A stretch of DNA of 64,000 nt from Myxococcales bacterium (GTDB lineage: Bacteria; Myxococcota_A; Polyangia; Polyangiales; DASUME01): NCBI GenBank assembly GCA_047601445.1, contig JASGJH010000001.1:7744001-7808000 (forward strand), written 5' to 3'. The translations under genes were made by a program, and so were the position numbers. The notes beneath the pieces are model-generated. The model was not told the DNA's origin. It ran no database searches and was given only the letters and a program-made list of their open reading frames with translations. Shown piece by piece: positions 58,329 through 64,000 of this stretch. Position 1 is the stretch's first letter, and each line of letters starts with the position of its first letter.

Positions 58329-60376
58329 GCGCCGAGAAATTGTGGCAAGGGCTCGCGGATGTCGATCCCGAGGTGCGCCGTCGCGCGGTGTTGCTCAGCG
58401 CGGAGATGCAGGATCCCGAGCTCGGCGAGCCCCTGATGAAGGCGCTCGGCGACTCTGACTGGCGTGTGCGCAAGGAGGCCGTGCAGGTCTCTATCGCGCG
58501 TGCTCAGCAGTTCGACATGATCGAGGCGTTGGTGCGCGCGATCTGCCAGGGCGAGAACGTGGGCCTGCGCAATGCGGCGCTCGACGTGCTCGAGACGCTC
58601 GGGCAGGTCGCGGCGCCCGCGTTGATCGCGGCGCTACCCAACGTACCCGAGCACGCGCGCAAGTTCGTCGTCGAGGCGCTGGGAGAGTCGGGCGGTATCG
58701 AGGTGGTGGAAGAGCTCGCCAAGGCAGCGGTCTCGGAGGACGTGAACGTCGCTGGTGAGGCCATCGAAGCCTTGGCTCACATCCAGGGGCCTGCGGCGGA
58801 GCGCGTACTGCGGCAACGCTTGACCGCGAGCGACGCGTTTCTGCGCATGGCCGCCCTCGACGCGCTGAATCGGCGCGACGTGTCGATTCCGTGGCCGGAG
58901 CTCGAGCCGCTGCTGAAGGAGCGCCTCCTGCGACGCGTGGTGCTGTCCGCGCTCGGTCGCACGGGCAGCGTGGACGCGCTGGAGCCCCTGTTCGCAGCGC
59001 TCGAGGAGTCCACGTTGCACATCGTGGCATCCGCGGCCTTGGCTCTGGCGCGACTGATCGCGCACGGGGCCGAGATCGAAGAGGCCGCGCGTCCGCGCCT
59101 GCTCCAGCTCTCCGAGCGCGCTCGGGCGTGGCTGCGCGGCGTGCTCGCATCGGGCACCGACACCGAGGCACGTCGCGCGGCGACTGAGCTGCTCGTGCGC
59201 TCCCAGGACGTCGACGGGCTGGCCGCGGTGGTGGCGTATTTGGCCCACGAGGCTCCTTCGGCGCAGATCGTGGAGGCGCTGCGCAGCTGGGGTGCACAGT
59301 CGGTGGAGCCGCTCTTGCTCCTGCTGCCGCGCTTCGAGAGCGCCCAGGAGCGCGCCCTGGCGCTGGAGCTGGCCGCCGATCTCGCGATCGCCGACGAGAA
59401 CCCGAACTCGAGCGTGGTGGAGCGCGCGCGGGTGGCGCTGCGTCGTGCGCTGAGCGACCGCGAGTCGGCCGTCTTGCTGGCGGCGCTGCGCTGCTTCCCG
59501 CAGTGGGCCCAGGCGGAGGACGCGGCACCCTTGGTTGGGCACGCCCAGTCGCAGGACGGAAACGTCGCTCGGGCAGCGGCGCGGGCGCTCGAGGCCCTGG
59601 CCGAGCGTGCCCCCGAGGCGGTCGAGCGCGCGCTGTCCGGGGTGGATCTCGACGGCCCTCAGGGCGCCGTGCTGTCGCCGGTGGTCGCGACCCTGGGCGG
59701 CTCGCGTGCGCTCGACCTGCTGCAGGTACTCAACGCGGTCGATGATCGCGAAGTTCGTCGCGCTGCGCTGCTCGGCCTGGGACGTGTCGGCGGCGAGCGC
59801 GCGGCAGGACTGGTCGCGCTGGCGCTGGCCGACGAGGACGTCGACGTGCAGATCGTGGCGGCCCAGGTGCTCGGTCGCATTCGGGACGAGCAGGGTGGAT
59901 CGCCGGGAGTCTTCGGCCTGGTGAATGCCATCTCGTCCGAGTTCCCCCATGTGCGGACGGCGGTGGCGCGTGCGCTCGGGCAGACCAATTCGCCGCGCGC
60001 CGCCGCACCGTTGATGGAACTATTGCGCGACGCCGATGCCGGCGTGGCGATGACCGCGGTGGAGGCGCTCGGTCAGCTCAACCCCAGCGAGCTTGCGCAC
60101 AGCCTGCAGGATGCGCTGACCCACGCCGATAGCGAAGTGGTGAAGGCGGCCCTGCGTGCGCTCTCGAGCTGTCTCGATCCGGCGGCACCCGAGCAATTGA
60201 TCGCAGCCTTGCGCCATCCGGCCTGGGACGTGCGCAAACTCTCTGGTGAGCTGCTCGAGCAACTCGCGGTGGCCCATGCTCGGGAGCCACTGCAGCAAGC
60301 CCTCGAGCACGAGACCGACGACCTGGCCCGCGAGGCGCTGTCCCGGGCTCTCACCTCTCTCGAAGGACCTCGTTGA
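58325..60376 (+). CDS. HEAT/PBS-lyase repeat protein
   Basis: Repeated L...L.D.D..VR..A..ALG motifs along the length; ATGA overlap. Confidence 0.88.
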   Translation: MSAEKLWQGLADVDPEVRRRAVLLSAEMQDPELGEPLMKALGDSDWRVRKEAVQVSIARAQQFDMIEALVRAICQGENVGLRNAALDVLETLGQVAAPALIAALPNVPEHARKFVVEALGESGGIEVVEELAKAAVSEDVNVAGEAIEALAHIQGPAAERVLRQRLTASDAFLRMAALDALNRRDVSIPWPELEPLLKERLLRRVVLSALGRTGSVDALEPLFAALEESTLHIVASAALALARLIAHGAEIEEAARPRLLQLSERARAWLRGVLASGTDTEARRAATELLVRSQDVDGLAAVVAYLAHEAPSAQIVEALRSWGAQSVEPLLLLLPRFESAQERALALELAADLAIADENPNSSVVERARVALRRALSDRESAVLLAALRCFPQWAQAEDAAPLVGHAQSQDGNVARAAARALEALAERAPEAVERALSGVDLDGPQGAVLSPVVATLGGSRALDLLQVLNAVDDREVRRAALLGLGRVGGERAAGLVALALADEDVDVQIVAAQVLGRIRDEQGGSPGVFGLVNAISSEFPHVRTAVARALGQTNSPRAAAPLMELLRDADAGVAMTAVEALGQLNPSELAHSLQDALTHADSEVVKAALRALSSCLDPAAPEQLIAALRHPAWDVRKLSGELLEQLAVAHAREPLQQALEHETDDLAREALSRALTSLEGPR

Positions 60377-61258
60377 ATGCCGCTGCTTTTCGACAGCGGC
60401 CCACGCATCAAACCGGAGGAGTTCCGGTTGATCCGCGATCTGGTCAACGACTTCTGCGGCATCCGTTTCCCGGATGACATGCAGTTCGTGCTGGAGCGCA
60501 AGCTCAAGGAGCGGCTCGCCATCCTCGAAATTGCCGATTTTGCCGAGTATTATCACTACCTGCGCTACCACCCGGACGCGCGCACCGAGATCGAGCGCGC
60601 CATCGACGCGCTGACCACCAACGAGACCTACCTCTTCCGCGAGGAATATCAGTTGCGTGCGTTTCAGCACGAAGTGTTGCCGCTCTTGCACGAGCGTGGC
60701 GTGCGCCAGAAGCGCCTCTCGATTTGGAGCGCGGGCTGCTCCACCGGTGAAGAGGTCTACACCTTGGCCATCCTGATCCGCGAGTCCCGCATGTTCGAGG
60801 GCTGGGACGTGCGCGTGATCGGGAACGATATTTCGCGCCGCGTGTTACAGGTGGCCAGGCGTGCCACTTACGGCAACTCGAGCTTCCGCAGCATGCCCAG
60901 CAGCTACCAGGAGTATTTCTCGGAATCACCCGACGGTCGCACGGTGCGCGCGGACATTCGCGCGATGTGCAACTTTGCGCACCTCAATTTGCTCGATGCC
61001 GCACGCTACAGTGTGATCGGAGCGGTGGACGCCGTGTTCTGCCGGAACGTGCTCATCTACTTCGACACGGCCTCGCGCCGCAAAGTGATCGAAGGTTTTT
61101 ACGAGCGATTGCAGCCAGGGGGTTTCTTGTTTCTGGGTCACAGTGAATCCTTACTGAACGTATCCACTGCATTCGAGTTGGTGCACCTGTCTTCGGATCT
61201 CGTGTACCGCAGGCCGTTGTCCCACGTTCATTCTCCAGCTCGAGGCGGAACTCCATGA
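60377..61258 (+). CDS. cheR: Protein-glutamate O-methyltransferase CheR
   Basis: TTNETYLFRE, WSAGCSTGEE.Y, FCRNVLIYFD, LGHSESL. Confidence 0.95.
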   Translation: MPLLFDSGPRIKPEEFRLIRDLVNDFCGIRFPDDMQFVLERKLKERLAILEIADFAEYYHYLRYHPDARTEIERAIDALTTNETYLFREEYQLRAFQHEVLPLLHERGVRQKRLSIWSAGCSTGEEVYTLAILIRESRMFEGWDVRVIGNDISRRVLQVARRATYGNSSFRSMPSSYQEYFSESPDGRTVRADIRAMCNFAHLNLLDAARYSVIGAVDAVFCRNVLIYFDTASRRKVIEGFYERLQPGGFLFLGHSESLLNVSTAFELVHLSSDLVYRRPLSHVHSPARGGTP

Positions 61259-62334
61259 ACGACAAGCTGCGTGTGATGGTGGTCGATGACTCTGCCTTCA
61301 ACCGCCGCACCATCGGTGACCTGCTCGCCAACATGGACGGCGTGGAGGTGGTGGGGAAGGCCGCCGACGGCGACGAAGCACTGCGTCTGGCAGCGTCGTT
61401 GGCCCCCGATTTGATCACCCTGGATCTCGAGATGCCTCGCATGGACGGCTTCACGTTCTTGCGACTATTGATGGCTCGCCAGCCCACCCCCGTGATCGTG
61501 GTGAGCGGCAACTCGGCGCGTGAGAACGTGTTCCGCGCGCTCGAGCTGGGAGCGCTCGACTTCATCGCCAAGCCCACGCGGACCATCGCGACTGATTTGA
61601 CTGCCATTCAGCAGGAGCTGGCCCAGAAGGTCGCCATGGTGCGCATGCTGACACCTGCCGGGCGCGACCCGCGCAAGCGGGCCCTGCGCGGGGGCATGTT
61701 CTCCACGGCCACGGACCGCCACGCCGCGCTGCCGGGCATGCCCAGCAGCGAACGCGAGCTGCCGCTCGGCAAGCTACTGGTGATCGGCGCGTCTACCGGC
61801 GGACCGAGTGCCCTGGTGGAGATGTTCGCGCAGTTCAAGGCACACACCAACGCGGCCATCGTGGTGGCTCAGCACATGCCGGAACGGTTCACCAAAACCT
61901 TCGCCGAGCGGCTTCACAAGCTGGGCGGGGTCAAGGTCGCGGAAGCCCGGGAATTCGAGCCTCTGGCGCCGGGGCGCGCCTTCCTGTGCCCGGGCGGCAA
62001 ATGCATCGAGGTCGTGACCTATGGCGGCGGATTCGCCGTGAGTGTGGTGGATCCTGCGCCCGGAGACCGCTTCATCCCCTCCGTGGACCGGCTTTTCCGC
62101 AGTGCAGCCGAGGTTGCGGGGGAGCGTGTGGTGGGAGTGGTGCTGACTGGAATGGGTGATGACGGAGCGCGGGGCGTAGTCGCGATCAAGGCACGCGGGG
62201 GCATGGTGCTCGCCGAGGCTCCTGAAACTGCCGTCATCTACGGGATGCCGGGGGCTGCGATGCGGACCGGCGAGGTCGACAAGAGCTTGCCGCTGACCGC
62301 TCTGGCTACGCATGTGGCGGAACTGATTGTGTAA
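61255..62334 (+). CDS. cheB: Protein-glutamate methylesterase CheB (REC + esterase)
   Basis: VVDDS, LDLEMP; catalytic GASTGG, QHM, LTGMGDDG. Confidence 0.95.
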   Translation: MNDKLRVMVVDDSAFNRRTIGDLLANMDGVEVVGKAADGDEALRLAASLAPDLITLDLEMPRMDGFTFLRLLMARQPTPVIVVSGNSARENVFRALELGALDFIAKPTRTIATDLTAIQQELAQKVAMVRMLTPAGRDPRKRALRGGMFSTATDRHAALPGMPSSERELPLGKLLVIGASTGGPSALVEMFAQFKAHTNAAIVVAQHMPERFTKTFAERLHKLGGVKVAEAREFEPLAPGRAFLCPGGKCIEVVTYGGGFAVSVVDPAPGDRFIPSVDRLFRSAAEVAGERVVGVVLTGMGDDGARGVVAIKARGGMVLAEAPETAVIYGMPGAAMRTGEVDKSLPLTALATHVAELIV

Positions 62335-62346
62335 TCACGCCGGCCC

Positions 62347-63225
62347 GTGGGAACATCACTGCAAGCCGTGAAAACGATGGACGAGGACAATCCAAGCAAG
62401 ACCGCTCGACCGAGCCCCGCGGATATCACGCGGGAGCGCGAGAACTTCGTGCGCACCTTTTTGCGCAAGGGAGTCGAGTTTACCGAGGAGCTCCTGCGCG
62501 AGAACGATGACCTGCAAGCGCGCGTGGCCTTACTCGAGGCAGACAACGCCGCGCTGCGCACGCAGGTCAAGAGCGACGACGCCATGCGCGATGTGCTGCG
62601 CACCATCGAGCGCCTCGAGCAGGAGAAGCGCAGTTTGCTCGATCGCTCGAGCCAACTCGAGCAGCTCACCCGACGTCACGAGGGTCGCTACGCGGCCATC
62701 GAGCAAGAGCTCAACGACCTCGCCAACCTCTACGTGGCGAGCTTTCAGCTGCACTCCTCGCTCAAGCCGGGCGCCGTGCTGCAGCACATCAAAGAACTGC
62801 TCGCTCAGCTGGTGGGCGCAGAGCGCTTCTGCGTGTACGTGCTGAGCGACGATGGCAGCGAGGCCATCCCGGTGGGTTCGGAGGGGCTCCTCGAGAGCGA
62901 ACTCCTGCCCATCAAGGTCGGCCAGGGCTCGGTCGGTACGGTGTGCGCCACGGGCGTGTCCAGCGTGAAGCAGGGCGACCCGCTCGGCGAAGGCACGGTG
63001 GAGGCTCCCTTGGCGGTGCTCCCGATGCAGGTCGACGGACAGACGGTGGGTGTCATTTCCATCGTCGCGCTCCTCGAACAGAAACATGCTTGGGTTCAGG
63101 TCGATCAGGAGCTGTTCCACCTGCTCGGATCCCATGCAGCCGCGGCGTTGTTGGCGGCCCATCTTTATCAACGTCAACCCGATCTTCTCAGTGCGCTCGC
63201 CGGCCTCGGCGACGGCCTTAAGTGA
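62347..63225 (+). CDS. Coiled-coil + GAF-like domain protein
   Basis: N-terminal heptads, LANLYVASFQLH, then a GAF-type pattern (LVGAERFCVYV, G.VG.V...G, LAVLPM.V....VGVI); start may be ATG 62377. Confidence 0.75.
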   Translation: MGTSLQAVKTMDEDNPSKTARPSPADITRERENFVRTFLRKGVEFTEELLRENDDLQARVALLEADNAALRTQVKSDDAMRDVLRTIERLEQEKRSLLDRSSQLEQLTRRHEGRYAAIEQELNDLANLYVASFQLHSSLKPGAVLQHIKELLAQLVGAERFCVYVLSDDGSEAIPVGSEGLLESELLPIKVGQGSVGTVCATGVSSVKQGDPLGEGTVEAPLAVLPMQVDGQTVGVISIVALLEQKHAWVQVDQELFHLLGSHAAAALLAAHLYQRQPDLLSALAGLGDGLK

Positions 63226-63231
63226 GGCCCC

Positions 63232-63609
63232 ATGGCTCAGTATCGATGTCTCGTGGTCGAAGATTCGCCGATGATGAGGCAGCTGCTCGTGTTCGCTCTG
63301 CAGCGTGTGCGCGAGGTGGAGGTCACCGAAGCCGATGACGGCGTGGATGGCTTGCGCAAGCTGGCTGGGCAGCGCTTCGACTTGATCATCACCGACATCA
63401 ACATGCCCATCATGGACGGGCTCAAGCTGGTGAAGCGCATCCGCAGCGATGAAGTGCACAAGGACGTGCCCATCATCATCATCACCACCGAGGGGTCCCA
63501 GGAAGACCGCTCGCGGGCGCTGGCGCTCGGCGCCAACGCGTACATCACCAAGCCCATTCAGGCGCCCCAGGTGATCGCCAAGGTCAAGGAGTTGTTGAAG
63601 CTCGACTAG
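63232..63609 (+). CDS. cheY: CheY-like single-domain response regulator (second)
   Basis: VVEDS, TDINMP.MDG, TT, KP motifs. Confidence 0.9.
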   Translation: MAQYRCLVVEDSPMMRQLLVFALQRVREVEVTEADDGVDGLRKLAGQRFDLIITDINMPIMDGLKLVKRIRSDEVHKDVPIIIITTEGSQEDRSRALALGANAYITKPIQAPQVIAKVKELLKLD

Positions 63610-63698
63610 GCGCCGTTGCGAGTGTCGGGGATCGGGGGATCGCCGACCTTCGCGTAGACGTTTCTCGTCGGGGTCTCGGGGATGTGCCCTGCCTGTGT

Positions 63699-64000
63699 TC
63701 AGCTGCCCGAGGGCAACAACAGGAGTAGGGCGATCCCGAACAGGATGCGGTACACGGCGAACACATTGAAGGTGTGCGTCTGGATGTACTTCATCAACCA
63801 CTTCACCACGACGAAGGCGGTCACGGTGGAGACGACGAAGCCCAGGCCCAGGTCGGCCCAGTTCTCCTGGCCGACTCCGTGCTTGAGCTGCTTGAGGAGC
63901 GCGTAGGCACTGGCCGCGTACATGGTCGGGATGCCGAGCAGGAACGAGAACTCGGTGGCGGCCTTGCGGTCGCTGGTGCCGGAGAACATGGCAGCGAAGA
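63699..64000 (-). CDS. uppP: Undecaprenyl-diphosphate phosphatase (3' part; runs off the window edge)
   Basis: R.AATEFSFLLGIP and FAVYRI.FG motifs of BacA/UppP. Confidence 0.88.
   Translation of the reverse strand, partial: FAAMFSGTSDRKAATEFSFLLGIPTMYAASAYALLKQLKHGVGQENWADLGLGFVVSTVTAFVVVKWLMKYIQTHTFNVFAVYRILFGIALLLLLPSGS

Noticed and set aside
63624..63682. TCGGGG(A) short repeats between cheY and uppP
   Set aside because: Short and degenerate; at most a weak terminator-like element between convergent genes

Overview
GC-rich, gene-dense chromosomal window, most consistent with a myxobacterium (Myxococcota, Polyangiales-like). That assignment is inferred from a Tgl-like lipoprotein, a MXAN_5187-type protein, eukaryote-like Ser/Thr kinases, an RpoH-type sigma factor, an ERG2 homologue and a receptor-less che cluster. 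About 54 CDSs are supportable, including gor, priA-def-fmt-pduO, recO, cysQ, mrp, a yitJ-like methyltransferase, a two-subunit biotin carboxylase, ABC ATPases, an arylsulfatase and a partial uppP. There are two RNA genes the ORF track cannot show: a 6S RNA with its own promoter and terminator, and tRNA-Leu(CAA). No transposase, integrase, prophage or CRISPR array was seen. Most notable: (1) a translationally coupled DUF2760 + Hsp70 + Hsp70-DUF3731 operon in which DUF2760 shows a GrpE-like motif pattern, preceded by a CIRCE-like inverted repeat, i.e. a candidate non-canonical Hsp70 machine; (2) an FHA-fused, catalytically degenerate CpaF-type ATPase just downstream; (3) a dispersed ~80-120 bp REP-like repeat family with three copies; (4) a complete chemosensory operon with no MCP but with HEAT and coiled-coil/GAF proteins; (5) ERG2/sigma-1 and RCCR/bilin-reductase-like enzymes; (6) an orphan truncated FlhB/SctU-like protein coupled to priA. 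All family assignments come from motif recognition by eye; no database search was run.
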